From the NCBI GenBank assembly GCA_022449785.1, contig JAKURQ010000006.1:1-47814 (forward strand): a stretch of DNA of 47,814 bases, given 5' to 3'. The notes below the pieces were generated by a model. That model was not told the origin of the DNA and made no database searches. It saw only the letters and a program-made list of their open reading frames with translations. Each line of letters begins with the position of its first letter. Positions within the stretch are counted from its first letter, which is position 1. Of the stretch, positions 10,251 to 20,298 are shown piece after piece. Made by a program: the position numbers and the translations under genes. The stretch is from Candidatus Poseidoniia archaeon (lineage in GTDB: Archaea; Thermoplasmatota; Poseidoniia; MGIII; CG-Epi1).

Positions 10251-11297
10251 ATGAACGGAATCGTAAGCTACGGTGCATATGTACCCAGTCACAAAATAGA
10301 AACTGGAGAAATAGCATCTGTATGGGGTGCTGATGGTAGTGCTTGGGCTAAAAATCTTAATGTCTACTCAAAATCAGTACCTGGCCCTGATGAAGATGTA
10401 ATAACCATTGCAGTAGAAGCTACAAGACAAGCAATGAAAAGAGCCAATTTGAATGGTGATTTAATTGGTGCTATTTACACAGGTTCTGAGTCTCATCCTT
10501 ATGCAGTAAAACCAACTTCAACAATTGTAGCAGAAGCAATTGGAGCAACGCCTAATCTGACTGCTGCAGATTTTGAATTTGCATGTAAAGCAGGTACTGC
10601 AGCAATTCAAACTTGCTTAGGAATGGTTGGAGATAAACAAATAGATAATGGAATTGCAATCGGTGTTGACACCTCACAAGGTGCACCTGGTGATGCACTA
10701 GAATATAGTGCCTCGGCAGGAGGTGGTGCACTGGTTATCGGTACTAAAAATGTAATCGCAAAAATTAATCATACTACTTCCTATACTACTGACACTCCTG
10801 ATTTCTGGAGAAGAGAAGGTCAAAAATATCCCAGACATGGAGGAAGGTTTACTGGTAAACCTGCATTTTTCAAGCATGTAGTAAGCTGTGGAATGATGAT
10901 GATGCAAAAAGCAGGTACTGAAGCAAAAGATTATGATTATGTTGTAACACACCAACCAAACGGAAAATTTCCAATCAGGGCTGCAAAGACCTTAGGATTT
11001 ACAAAGGAACAATTTGAAACAGGATTGTTAACTCCTAGAATTGGGAATACATATTCTGGGGCTGTTTTCTTGGGACTTGCAGCAATATTAGATATAGCAA
11101 AACCAGGTGATAGAATATTAGCAGTAGCTTATGGATCTGGAGCTGGAAGTGATGCTTTCGATATAACTGTTACAGATGAAATAGCTAAAATGGATAGAAG
11201 TGAAACAGTAGAAGAATTAATCTCCAGAATGAAAATTGTAAATTATGCAACATATGCTAAATATAGAGGCAAACTCAACATGGGGGCTTCAAAATGA
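10251..11297 (+). CDS. Hydroxymethylglutaryl-CoA synthase (archaeal type)
   Basis: [19 protein letters not shown] (catalytic Cys), [30 protein letters not shown]; SD AGGAGA at 10240-10245. Confidence 0.95.
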   Translation: MNGIVSYGAYVPSHKIETGEIASVWGADGSAWAKNLNVYSKSVPGPDEDVITIAVEATRQAMKRANLNGDLIGAIYTGSESHPYAVKPTSTIVAEAIGATPNLTAADFEFACKAGTAAIQTCLGMVGDKQIDNGIAIGVDTSQGAPGDALEYSASAGGGALVIGTKNVIAKINHTTSYTTDTPDFWRREGQKYPRHGGRFTGKPAFFKHVVSCGMMMMQKAGTEAKDYDYVVTHQPNGKFPIRAAKTLGFTKEQFETGLLTPRIGNTYSGAVFLGLAAILDIAKPGDRILAVAYGSGAGSDAFDITVTDEIAKMDRSETVEELISRMKIVNYATYAKYRGKLNMGASK

Positions 11298-12460
11298 GAG
11301 AAGTAAGTATAATTGGAATAGGAATAACCAAATTTGGCGAATTATGGGATAAATCTCTTCGCCAATTAGGCCTTGAAACTGGCCTTGCTGCAATCAGTGA
11401 TGCAGGAATTACAAGTAAGGATATTGATGCATTGTACATAGGAAACATGGCTGCAGGATCAACTCTTCAACAAGAACATGTCAGTGCTTTGATGGCAGAT
11501 TATTGTGGATTAGCCAGTCAAAATATACCTGCCACAAGAGTCGAGGCTGCATCTGCATCAGGTGGTTTAGCAGTTCGCCAGGCATACATGGCTATTGCAG
11601 GAGGATTCATAGATATTGCAGTTGTTGGTGGTGCTGAAAAAATGACTGATGTAAGTGACTCTGAATCATCATATACTGTTAGTATGGGATCTGATGAACA
11701 ATGGGAATCAAAAGCTGGAGCAACATTTGCATCTTTACATGCAATGATGACCCAAAGTCATATGGCTGAATATGGAACAACAAGAGAAGAACTGTCAGCA
11801 GTATCTGAAAAGAATCATTTTCACGCCTCAATGAATCCAATGGCTCAGTTTCCGTTTGCAATAAGCGCTGAAGCGGTGTCAAACTCGGGAATGGTCTCAA
11901 GTCCACTAAGAATGCTTGACTGTGCTCCAAACAGTGACGGGGCTGCGGCAATTGTTCTCTGTGCTACAGAAAAAGCAAAGAAATACAAGAAAAAATCGAT
12001 TAAAATCATAGGATCTGGTCAAGCTTCTGATACTTTAAGTTTGCATCATCGTAAGCACCTAAATCAAATGCCAGCAATAAGAATGGCTGCTAAGAGAGCG
12101 TTCAAAAGTTGTGGTAAAAAAGCTAGTGACTTAGACTTAATAGAAATACACGATAATTTTACAATCTCTGAGATTATTGCATTGGAAGAAATAGGTATAT
12201 TCAAGAGAGGAAAAGCCGCTCAAAGTATATTGAAAGGCGAAACTAAACTTGGTGGTAAAATTCCAATTAATACGAGTGGAGGTCTAAAAGCAAGAGGTCA
12301 TGCACCTGGTGCAACAGGAATTGCCCAAGTCGTAGAGATTGTGCAACAGCTTAGGGGTGAAGCCGGAGATAGGCAAGTTAAAAATGCAAAAATTGGAATG
12401 GTAGAGAACCATGGAGGAACTGCTGCAACTGCAGTTGTTCATATTTTGGAGGGTGAATAA
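11294..12460 (+). CDS. Acetoacetyl-CoA thiolase family protein (archaeal/SCP2-type) with both catalytic Cys substituted
   Basis: [35 protein letters not shown]; lies between HMGS and DUF35. Has EAASASGG and HDNF in place of EAACASG and HDCF. Confidence 0.9.
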   Translation: MREVSIIGIGITKFGELWDKSLRQLGLETGLAAISDAGITSKDIDALYIGNMAAGSTLQQEHVSALMADYCGLASQNIPATRVEAASASGGLAVRQAYMAIAGGFIDIAVVGGAEKMTDVSDSESSYTVSMGSDEQWESKAGATFASLHAMMTQSHMAEYGTTREELSAVSEKNHFHASMNPMAQFPFAISAEAVSNSGMVSSPLRMLDCAPNSDGAAAIVLCATEKAKKYKKKSIKIIGSGQASDTLSLHHRKHLNQMPAIRMAAKRAFKSCGKKASDLDLIEIHDNFTISEIIALEEIGIFKRGKAAQSILKGETKLGGKIPINTSGGLKARGHAPGATGIAQVVEIVQQLRGEAGDRQVKNAKIGMVENHGGTAATAVVHILEGE

Positions 12461-12909
12461 TGTCTGTACCTAGATTCTGGAGAGAGTTAGATACTAGATA
12501 CAATTTGATTGGTTCATATTGTAAAATAACAAAAACTTACCATTACCCAAGAAGAAGTTTTAACCCAGAGGCAGGAAGAGAATCAATAGGCAGCATGGAG
12601 GACTACCAGTTCAAAGGAACTGGAGAAATCGTTAGTTCTACAGTTGTCCATCAGGCACAGACAGGTTATGAGATGTTTGGACCATATTGTATAGCAATAA
12701 TAAAATTGGATGAGGGGCCACAAATAACAACGCAAATTGTAGACTGTGATCCTGAAATTGTTAGGCCAGGGATGAAAGTTAAATCTGTTTTTAGGAAGTT
12801 GGGTGAAGATAGTGAAAGTGGAATATTACACTATGGAACTAAATTCATATTGAATGAGGTTTCTAATTTAGAAGAGCCCGAAGAAAACATACCTGATATT
12901 GAAGTTTAA
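12460..12909 (+). CDS. DUF35 family Zn-ribbon/OB-fold scaffold protein
   Basis: PRFWRE, PYCIAIIKLDEG, GMKVKSVFRKL, YGTKF; third gene of the HMGS-thiolase-DUF35 cluster. Confidence 0.9.
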   Translation: MSVPRFWRELDTRYNLIGSYCKITKTYHYPRRSFNPEAGRESIGSMEDYQFKGTGEIVSSTVVHQAQTGYEMFGPYCIAIIKLDEGPQITTQIVDCDPEIVRPGMKVKSVFRKLGEDSESGILHYGTKFILNEVSNLEEPEENIPDIEV

Positions 12910-12914
12910 GCTTT

Positions 12915-12928
12915 CGAAACTTATATAT
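12915..12928 (+). promoter_or_regulatory. Archaeal BRE/TATA promoter of lonB
   Basis: CGAAAC followed by TTATATAT, ending 30 bp before the ATG at 12958. Confidence 0.6.
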
Positions 12929-12957
12929 CTGTAGCCAATAAGGTCTGTTCCTTACTA

Positions 12958-14910
12958 ATGGCAAAGAAGACCACAAAATTAGAAGACCCACGAAAATGGG
13001 TGAAAAATTTAGATATAGAATCTACAGAGGATATTGCCGTCCCAAAAATGCTCGTTGATCAAGTAATTGGTCAAGAGAAGGGTGTGGAAATTGTAAGAAA
13101 AGCAGCTGAACAACGAAGACACGTTATGCTAATTGGAGATCCTGGTACTGGAAAATCAATGTTAGCTCGTTCAATATCTGAGCTTCTACCTAAAGAAGAA
13201 CTACAAGATGTTTTGGTTTACAATAATCATGAGGACAATAATGAACCTCGAATACGTGTTGTGCCAGCTAGTAAAGGAAAAGAAATTGTTCAAGTCCAAA
13301 AAGCTCAAGCAATGATTGAGAAAGAGAAGAAAGCAAAATCTCAGATGCTATTGATATTTGCCATTATTGGAATTGGAATTATTTTCTTCATTAGCACTGG
13401 ATTTAATCCAATGATGATTTTCTACTCTCTAATCGCGGCTGCCTTTGTTTTTATGGCTATGAGATATGCTACTCAGAGAAACGAAAATGCAAATATTCCC
13501 AAAGGACTTGTACTCCATGATAAAGACATGACTGCACCATTTGTAGATGCAACTGGCACACACGCAGGGGCACTATTGGGTGACGTAAGGCATGATCCTT
13601 TCCAATCAGGAGGGCTTGAAACTCCTGCTCATGATCGTGTAGAAGCGGGAGCAATTCACAAGGCTCACAGAGGTGTACTGTACATTGATGAAATTAATTT
13701 ACTAAGAATTGAATCTCAACAATCTCTATTAACTGCAATTCAAGAAGGTGAATTTTCTATTTCAGGTCAATCTGAAAGATCTGCTGGGGCAATGACAAAA
13801 ACGGAACCTGTGCCTTGTGATTTTGTACTTGTAGCGGCTGGAAATCTTGATGCAATACAAGGAATGCATCCTGCCTTAAGGAGTAGAATCCGCGGGTACG
13901 GTTACGAAGTTTATATGAATTCCACAATACCTGACTCAAATGAGAATAGAGAAAAATTGGTAAGATTCATTGCCCAAGAAGTATCTAAAGATGAAAAAAT
14001 AGGTCATTTTTCCAAAGAGGCTATTGGTGAAATCCTGCATGAAGCTCAGCGAAGAGCTGGAAGGCAAATGCACTTGAGTCTTAGATTAAGAGAACTAGGC
14101 GGCCTAGTTAGAGTGGCAGGAGATATTGCAAGAGAAGTTGGAGAAGATACTGTTACGGCTGAACATGTTGTCAAAGCAAAAACAATTGCAAAACCATTGG
14201 AGCAGCAAATTGCGGATAGATATGTCGAGCGTAGAAAGGACTACAAGACTTATTCAATTGAGGGGTCTGAAATAGGAATGGTAAATGGTTTAGCTGTGAT
14301 GGGTGCAAATTCGGGAATGTCTGAAATGGCTGGAATAATGATGCCTATTGTTGCTGAAGTTACGCCTGCACAATCAAGAGATAGAGGTAAAGTAGTGGCT
14401 ACTGGAAAACTTGGGGAGATAGCAAAGGAAGCTGTTGAAAACGTCTCTGCTTTAATAAAAAAATACACTGGTGAAGACATTTCCAAGTATGATATTCATG
14501 TTCAGTTTGTAGGAGCTTATGAGGGCGTTGAAGGAGATTCTGCATCTGTGTCTATTGCAACTGCCGTAATTTCTGCACTTGAGAATGCTGAAGTCGATCA
14601 AACCGTTGCTCTTACAGGATCATTAAGTGTTAGGGGACAGGTTCTTCCAGTAGGTGGCGTAACTGCAAAAATAGAAGCTGCTGCTGAATCTGGAGTCACT
14701 AAAGTATTGATACCTGCAATGAATATGCAAGATGTTCTCTTAGATTCAAAATATACTGACATGGTGAAAGTTATTCCTGTAGCAACCCTAAAAGATGTAT
14801 TAGATAATATACTAATTGCTGGACCCAAAAAAGAAGGATTGTTGAAAAATCTTACAAAATTTTTACCTGGTTCTGGTCTCACCAAAAAAGTTGGAAATCC
14901 AACTGCCTAG
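12958..14910 (+). CDS. lonB: ATP-dependent membrane protease LonB
   Basis: Walker [11 protein letters not shown] insertion, Walker B LYIDEI, catalytic VEGDSAS and GGVTAK; no intein. Confidence 0.96.
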   Translation: MAKKTTKLEDPRKWVKNLDIESTEDIAVPKMLVDQVIGQEKGVEIVRKAAEQRRHVMLIGDPGTGKSMLARSISELLPKEELQDVLVYNNHEDNNEPRIRVVPASKGKEIVQVQKAQAMIEKEKKAKSQMLLIFAIIGIGIIFFISTGFNPMMIFYSLIAAAFVFMAMRYATQRNENANIPKGLVLHDKDMTAPFVDATGTHAGALLGDVRHDPFQSGGLETPAHDRVEAGAIHKAHRGVLYIDEINLLRIESQQSLLTAIQEGEFSISGQSERSAGAMTKTEPVPCDFVLVAAGNLDAIQGMHPALRSRIRGYGYEVYMNSTIPDSNENREKLVRFIAQEVSKDEKIGHFSKEAIGEILHEAQRRAGRQMHLSLRLRELGGLVRVAGDIAREVGEDTVTAEHVVKAKTIAKPLEQQIADRYVERRKDYKTYSIEGSEIGMVNGLAVMGANSGMSEMAGIMMPIVAEVTPAQSRDRGKVVATGKLGEIAKEAVENVSALIKKYTGEDISKYDIHVQFVGAYEGVEGDSASVSIATAVISALENAEVDQTVALTGSLSVRGQVLPVGGVTAKIEAAAESGVTKVLIPAMNMQDVLLDSKYTDMVKVIPVATLKDVLDNILIAGPKKEGLLKNLTKFLPGSGLTKKVGNPTA

Positions 14911-15722
14911 TATTTTCTGACCTCTCCAAATTTTTCCAAGGAACTAGACAATGCATCTATGTCTTCTGATGTTGCAATAATAGATGTACCTAAGTGTGCA
15001 ACAGAAGAAACTGTTCCAAGTGGCATTCTATCAATTATCTCAGATATGTTGTCATTAATTAATCCTGATTTCTCAGTAAATAAACGGCCAACTTTAATTG
15101 CCGATCTTAAGTTTACATTGTTGAAATGTATCCCTAGAGCTGCTGAATTAATCAATTCAACCCATTTTTCATCAGATATAATCTCGGAAGTATCTCTCCC
15201 CAGACCTGATACACAAATTGCAAATTTTTCTTTTATTTGAACACAATCTACTTTGCCCTCATATCCAGGAGTATTGCGAATTACTATGGCTGGAAACATG
15301 GTCTGTCTAATTGATTCAGCTATAGCGACCACATCACCTAATCCTGTTCTAAATTCCACTTCAGCTTGATGAGCTGCTTTAACACACAAATCAATATCCT
15401 TTTCCAATTCCAAACAAGCTGCTAAAGCTGAAGCTCCTGATATACCAAAACCAGAACCTAAGGGTAAATCATGCCTTAGATAAATTGTCAAACTTTTGTC
15501 TTTAAAACCAAGTAAATCTATAGCTCTTAGAGTTACTGCATCATCAACCTCTTTATTCTCTCTTATAACTCTATTTTGTTTTACTTCTGATTGTTCCTTA
15601 ACAATTGCACAATGCACTCCTTGTGGTAAGACAATACCAATACCTGTAGAACCCATTTTCAATAAATCTTTATCTGGCCATATTGCAAAGGTTAGGCTGA
15701 CATGCCCTGGAGCAAAACTCAC
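14907..15722 (-). CDS. Pantoate kinase (GHMP kinase family)
   Basis: [36 protein letters not shown]. Confidence 0.85.
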   Translation of the reverse strand: MSFAPGHVSLTFAIWPDKDLLKMGSTGIGIVLPQGVHCAIVKEQSEVKQNRVIRENKEVDDAVTLRAIDLLGFKDKSLTIYLRHDLPLGSGFGISGASALAACLELEKDIDLCVKAAHQAEVEFRTGLGDVVAIAESIRQTMFPAIVIRNTPGYEGKVDCVQIKEKFAICVSGLGRDTSEIISDEKWVELINSAALGIHFNNVNLRSAIKVGRLFTEKSGLINDNISEIIDRMPLGTVSSVAHLGTSIIATSEDIDALSSSLEKFGEVRKY

Positions 15723-16834
15723 AGTATTTCCTCATAAAGTGAAATAGTCTTTTCGATAGTTACAGACCAAGTTCTTTCCTTCGAAGCATAAGTAAATGCT
15801 GAATCTGCTAATTCATTCAACAGTTTGTTATTGTCAATAATTCTAGAGATGGCATCGGGCATTTGGCCAGGTCTTACTAACAAAGCATGGCCTTGTGTAG
15901 CTTCTTCTACTGAAGGTAAAAGTGTAGCTACAACTGGAAGCTTGCACCCCATATATTCATAAATTTTAAGTGGTGAAAAACCATAATCAACGTTCGGATA
16001 AGGTGCCAAACCAATATCTGCCTCAATTAATAGTTGAGGAACTTCATCACGAGTAAGGCGACCTATGTGATACAAATTATCTACAACAGGTATATTTTCG
16101 CCATAACCGCCTCCTGCAACAACAACATTTATTGAAGGGTTTTTCTTAGCTATCTGTACTAATTCATCAATACCATGCCAAGGCCCTAATGCACCCACAA
16201 AGACCGCAATTTTTCCATTCAAACCTAACCTTTTTTTGATTCCCAAAGGTTCAGCACTCATATTGAATCTATCATCTTCATATCCATTCTGAATAACTGA
16301 AAACTGCTTTGCTTTTTTATTCCAAACAGAAATTTGATCCCTGAGTATAGAACTTACAGTAAAACCTCCATCGGCAAGTTCTATCTGTCTACGGCAAGAT
16401 CGAATAGCTTTCTCATGGTAAGGCCACAATCTAGCAATTCTAGTTGCTGATAACTCAGAGCGCATCCAATTATCATCTACCTGCAAGACTGATTTTACAC
16501 CCATTTCTGAGGCTGCTTGCACTCCTGAACCTGCAAAAATATATCCTCTGTCATGTACAATATCAAAACTTTCAGATTTTAATTCTTCCAAGACTTTCTG
16601 GTATGCGTGTCTAGTGAAAATTATCCTTTCAAATGGAATTCCGGGATTAACTATGGAAACAAACTTCAGATTAGGATGGAATTTTGTGCCTTTTGAAGCA
16701 TCTGCATTGTATCTACATAATAGAGTTACCTCAATTCCTGACTCTGCTAAACCATTAGCTAGAGCTAATTGATGAAGTGTCTGGCCTAATGTGTCGGGGA
16801 CCCTCACAGAGGGGGCTACCATCAAAACTTTCAC
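15719..16834 (-). CDS. GT4 family glycosyltransferase
   Basis: FDIVH, QNG, FVGALGPWHG, SPLKIYEYMGCKLPVV, TW near the C-terminus. Confidence 0.88.
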   Translation of the reverse strand: MKVLMVAPSVRVPDTLGQTLHQLALANGLAESGIEVTLLCRYNADASKGTKFHPNLKFVSIVNPGIPFERIIFTRHAYQKVLEELKSESFDIVHDRGYIFAGSGVQAASEMGVKSVLQVDDNWMRSELSATRIARLWPYHEKAIRSCRRQIELADGGFTVSSILRDQISVWNKKAKQFSVIQNGYEDDRFNMSAEPLGIKKRLGLNGKIAVFVGALGPWHGIDELVQIAKKNPSINVVVAGGGYGENIPVVDNLYHIGRLTRDEVPQLLIEADIGLAPYPNVDYGFSPLKIYEYMGCKLPVVATLLPSVEEATQGHALLVRPGQMPDAISRIIDNNKLLNELADSAFTYASKERTWSVTIEKTISLYEEIL

Positions 16835-16883
16835 AAAAACTCATTGATGAACAGGGTTTTAGAACTGTTCCTATAGGTGCATT

Positions 16884-17975
16884 GTGGCAAATATTGCAGT
16901 AATATGCGATCGCGAATTCTTTCAACCCTTTGACCAACGCGTCTATAAAGAAGTTTTAACACTCAAAAAAGCAGGCCATAATGTAGAAATTATCACGCCA
17001 CATAATACTACTAAAACTAAAGAGATTGAAGGCATCAAAGTACATTGTTTGACAAAAGAGGGAGTGCCTGGTTCTACAGCATACAGATTGATTAAAAAAG
17101 CGTTAGAAAATAATTATGATTTATACTATTGTCATGAATTAGATCCATTAATCTATAGTTTTTTCTTGAGATGGGCAACTAGGAAACCGATAATCTGGGA
17201 TTGCCATGAATACTTAGTCCCTATGAAAAAAGAATTGCAAGGTAACCTTGCAGCAGTCCTAACTGATATTGCAATCAGAATTGCTGCACCACGCGTAAAT
17301 CATATTGTAACAGTTGATAACTTACTTGGAAGACAACTTGTCTCTTTGAACAATACAACAGTGATACCAAATTATCCTACTCTCGCTGATTTTCCCGTGG
17401 CTGAAAGAATACCTGATAAAAAAATACCAAATTTACTCTATGTAGGTGGCTTAACAGAGGAAAGAGGACTCAAGGTCATGCTTAAAGCACTTAAAATTGT
17501 TAAATCTGAAATTGAAGTGAAGCTTACCCTCGTTGGAGGTTTTTATGACAAAGAATTAGAGAATTGGGCAAAGAATTATGATAAGAAAAATGATCTCGAT
17601 ATAGAATGGGTTGGATGGGTTAATTATAGAGATTTAGCACCTATCTTCTCAAGAGCAACTCTTGGCTTATGCCTTTTACAAGACCAAGCCCGTTATGATA
17701 GAGCAATAGCAACAAAGATTTTTGAATATTTGTTAATGGGAGTTCCAGTTCTAACTTCAAATGGATATTTGGTTGAAAAACTAATTCAAAAAGCCGAATG
17801 CGGTAATGCTGTTAATGCAACTAATATTTCAGAAGTAGCTGAAGGAATGATAACTTTACTTGGGAATAGTGATTTAGAAAAAATGGGTAAAAGAGGAGCT
17901 GATTTTTCTAGGGACAAATTTGTCTGGGAGAAAAGAGAAACTAATCTTTTAAAAATTATAGAGGAAATGATATAA
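16884..17975 (+). CDS. GT4 family glycosyltransferase
   Basis: DQRVYKE, WDCHE, IPNYP, YVGGLTEERG, TKIFEYLLMGVPV. Confidence 0.88.
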   Translation: MANIAVICDREFFQPFDQRVYKEVLTLKKAGHNVEIITPHNTTKTKEIEGIKVHCLTKEGVPGSTAYRLIKKALENNYDLYYCHELDPLIYSFFLRWATRKPIIWDCHEYLVPMKKELQGNLAAVLTDIAIRIAAPRVNHIVTVDNLLGRQLVSLNNTTVIPNYPTLADFPVAERIPDKKIPNLLYVGGLTEERGLKVMLKALKIVKSEIEVKLTLVGGFYDKELENWAKNYDKKNDLDIEWVGWVNYRDLAPIFSRATLGLCLLQDQARYDRAIATKIFEYLLMGVPVLTSNGYLVEKLIQKAECGNAVNATNISEVAEGMITLLGNSDLEKMGKRGADFSRDKFVWEKRETNLLKIIEEMI

Positions 17976-18098
17976 TTATCTACTAGATTAGGTAATACAA
18001 ATATTCAATGCTAATATTTTATACTCGTGGAAAACTATACTAACTCCAAGGTAATGGAAGCATTCCAAATCTGGTGTAGCTAAAAAGTAAGGAGTAAA

Positions 18099-19700
18099 AT
18101 GGCAACGGGACAACCACAAAGTTACGGATCTATACGCGAATTCTTAGATAACTTGCCAAATCAGCCTTGTATCTGGCAGCCAGAAAATGCAAATATTTGT
18201 GTTACTTGTTTGAGAATAAATGAACCTGTAGCAAGAATTTGTTCAGTTTGGGCTCAGGCTCTTGAAGAAGCCCCATTGGAGGAAATTGATTTCGAAGAAG
18301 AAGTAAGATCGTTGCCTTCTGTTGTTGAAGTTGAAGATGAATTCGAAATAGTAGAAACTGCACCTGCTGTAGAAATGGCCGCACCTGTAGCTGAAATTGA
18401 TATTGTAGAAGCAAGTAATGATTGGGACTTGTCAATAGAACCAGTAACGGAAACTGCTGAAGAGATTACCGAGGATGTAGCTACTGAAGAAGTAGCTGAA
18501 GCTGCTGTTGCAGAACCTGTGGCTGTTGAAGATACTGAAGAAGTAGCATTGGAAACTGTACAAGATGCTGTAGATGCTGAAAATATAGCAAAAGAAAATG
18601 TAGAAATTGCTTCCCAAGAAGAAGAAATGGCTGCTGAAGCTGTTGTTGAGGCTGTTGATAAAGAAGCAGAGGCTGTTGAAGCTTATGCTGAAGCTGTAAA
18701 AGAAGAAGATACAGCAGCTGAAGCAGTTGTCGAGGCTATTGAGGCGGAAAATGTGGCTACCGAGGCTGTGATAGAAGCAACCGAACAGATTACTGAATTA
18801 GTTGAGAAAGAGGCTGATGAAAGTGAAATTGAAGAAGCTGTAACTGAACTAAAAGAAGTCGTTGAAAAACAAGAAGAAGCAGAAGAAGCTTTAGTTGAAG
18901 CTGTCACAGTTGAAGAATCTGCAGCTGAAGTGGTGGAAACAACATCTACCAAAGAAGAAGTGGCTGCTGAGGGATTAGAAAAAGCTATTCAAGTAGAAGA
19001 AGAAGCTAGTGAGAAATTAGAAGAAGCTATAGTCAAAGAAGAAAAGGCTGAAGAAGAAGTCAAAGAAACAATCGAAGTCGCAAAGAATGTTGAAGCTGAG
19101 GCTGAAGAAACAGGTACTGAAGAACCATTTTCAATAGGAGAAATGGTCTCGCATGGTGTTTATGGAGATGGAGAAATACTTGATTTGAATAAAGCTGGAA
19201 AACATTGGTCTGTAGAAGTTAATTTTGAAGAAGGAAAAAGAAGAATACTTGGGACCTTTTTGACCTCTAAAGGAAAGCAAAATAAGACAAAAGAGATTGA
19301 TGAAGAATCATTCAAAAAACCTGAAGAAACAAAAAAGGAAGAAATTACTGCTGTTGTGGCTGATACAGTAGAAGTTGATCATGGAGAATATGAACCTGGA
19401 ACTAAAGTTAAACACGAAATTTTTGGAATAGGTGAAGTGAAAGAAAGTACTCCTAAAGGTGAAAATTATCGCTTAATGATTAAATTTGAAGATGAGACTT
19501 ACAAAACTTTACTATCTACATTTGTTGAAATAGTAAAGAATAATAGTATAGATAACGATGAAGCTGTAGAAGCCGAACCTGTAGTAGCTGAACCTGTAGA
19601 AGCCGAACCTGTAGTAGCTGAAGTAGACATTGTGGACACTAACAGTGTTTACAGTAGGCCAAAAGAAGAAAAGGAAACCGAACCTGAAGACAAAGACTGA
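18099..19700 (+). CDS. Acidic E/A/V-rich coiled-coil protein with N-terminal 4-Cys cluster and two UvrD/PcrA-CTD-like Tudor domains
   Basis: SD AAGGAG at 18089-18094; 14-aa periodic repeats; two G-x2-V-x-H-x2-(F/Y)G-x-G modules at 19128-19262 and 19389-19526. Confidence 0.75.
   Translation: MATGQPQSYGSIREFLDNLPNQPCIWQPENANICVTCLRINEPVARICSVWAQALEEAPLEEIDFEEEVRSLPSVVEVEDEFEIVETAPAVEMAAPVAEIDIVEASNDWDLSIEPVTETAEEITEDVATEEVAEAAVAEPVAVEDTEEVALETVQDAVDAENIAKENVEIASQEEEMAAEAVVEAVDKEAEAVEAYAEAVKEEDTAAEAVVEAIEAENVATEAVIEATEQITELVEKEADESEIEEAVTELKEVVEKQEEAEEALVEAVTVEESAAEVVETTSTKEEVAAEGLEKAIQVEEEASEKLEEAIVKEEKAEEEVKETIEVAKNVEAEAEETGTEEPFSIGEMVSHGVYGDGEILDLNKAGKHWSVEVNFEEGKRRILGTFLTSKGKQNKTKEIDEESFKKPEETKKEEITAVVADTVEVDHGEYEPGTKVKHEIFGIGEVKESTPKGENYRLMIKFEDETYKTLLSTFVEIVKNNSIDNDEAVEAEPVVAEPVEAEPVVAEVDIVDTNSVYSRPKEEKETEPEDKD
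19564..19622 (+). repeat. In-frame 30-bp tandem repeat (~2 copies) encoding VEAEPVVAEP
   Basis: ctgtagaagccgaacctgtagtagctgaa occurs at 19564 and 19594. Confidence 0.9.
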
Positions 19701-20194
19701 TGGAACTTCAAAGTGAAAGACTTACTCTTCGACATTATATGAAGAGTGACAAAGAACCATTGATAGATTTATTAAACGATAAAGAAGTTAGTAAATGGAC
19801 TGAGAGAATCCCTTTTCCATATCTAGAAAAACATGCAGATTGGTGGATTAATAACAAACCAGTGAACGAACACGTATATGCAATTATCAAAAGAGATGAA
19901 AACTGTCTAATTGGTGGAACTAACATATCTATCAAAGGTGAAATTGGATGTTGGATTGGTCGTAGTTATTGGAATCAGGGATTTGCCACAGAAACAATAG
20001 AAAGAATTGCAAAATTCGGATTTGAAGAACTTCAGGTTGGAAAAGTGTGGGCTGCAACACGAAAAGAAAATGAAGCCGTTTTCAGACTAATGGAGAAGAC
20101 CGGATTTTCAAGAGTGAAGGATCGACCCTATTATGTTGAAGGTATTGGTGACACTAAGATAAGGCCACACTTTGAATTGCTAAACAGGCCTTAA
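19700..20194 (+). CDS. GNAT family N-acetyltransferase (RimJ/RimL-like)
   Basis: SERLTLR, IPFPY, EIGCWIGRSYWNQGFATE, N-x6-MEKTGF; TGATG overlap with the upstream gene. Confidence 0.88.
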   Translation: MELQSERLTLRHYMKSDKEPLIDLLNDKEVSKWTERIPFPYLEKHADWWINNKPVNEHVYAIIKRDENCLIGGTNISIKGEIGCWIGRSYWNQGFATETIERIAKFGFEELQVGKVWAATRKENEAVFRLMEKTGFSRVKDRPYYVEGIGDTKIRPHFELLNRP

Positions 20195-20220
20195 ATCACC
20201 CCCTCCTGTGAAATAATCGT

Positions 20221-20296
20221 GGCCCTGTGGGGTAGTTTGGCATCCTTGTGGCTTTGGGAGCCATAGACCCCGGTTCAAATCCGGGCGGGGCCACCA
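20221..20296 (+). tRNA. tRNA-Pro(TGG), CCA encoded, no intron
   Basis: Acceptor stem GGCCCTG/CGGGGCC; anticodon arm GTGGC-TTTGGGA-GCCAT (TGG at 20255-20257); T arm CCCGG-TTCAAAT-CCGGG; ACCA end. Confidence 0.96.
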
Positions 20297-20298
20297 CT

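Noticed and set aside
12958-14910. Intein in LonB
   Set aside because: Ordinary length; the only insertion is the expected TM segment.
17974-17997. Hairpin ATTATCTA-n6-TAGGTAAT after the GT4 stop as a terminator
   Set aside because: Weak AT-rich stem with no U-tract; could easily be chance.
18045-18095. Possible fluoride riboswitch (GGTAATGG...)
   Set aside because: The downstream conserved elements and pseudoknot pairing are missing, and the gene context does not fit.
18537-19079. Resemblance of EEMAA/EESAA/EEVAA to chemoreceptor methylation sites, or of the repeats to GvpC
   Set aside because: No MCP hairpin-tip motif and no che or gvp genes nearby; E/A-rich composition explains the similarity.
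19564-19622. Repeat considered as a CRISPR array
   Set aside because: Only two adjacent copies, no spacers, in-frame within a CDS, and no cas genes.
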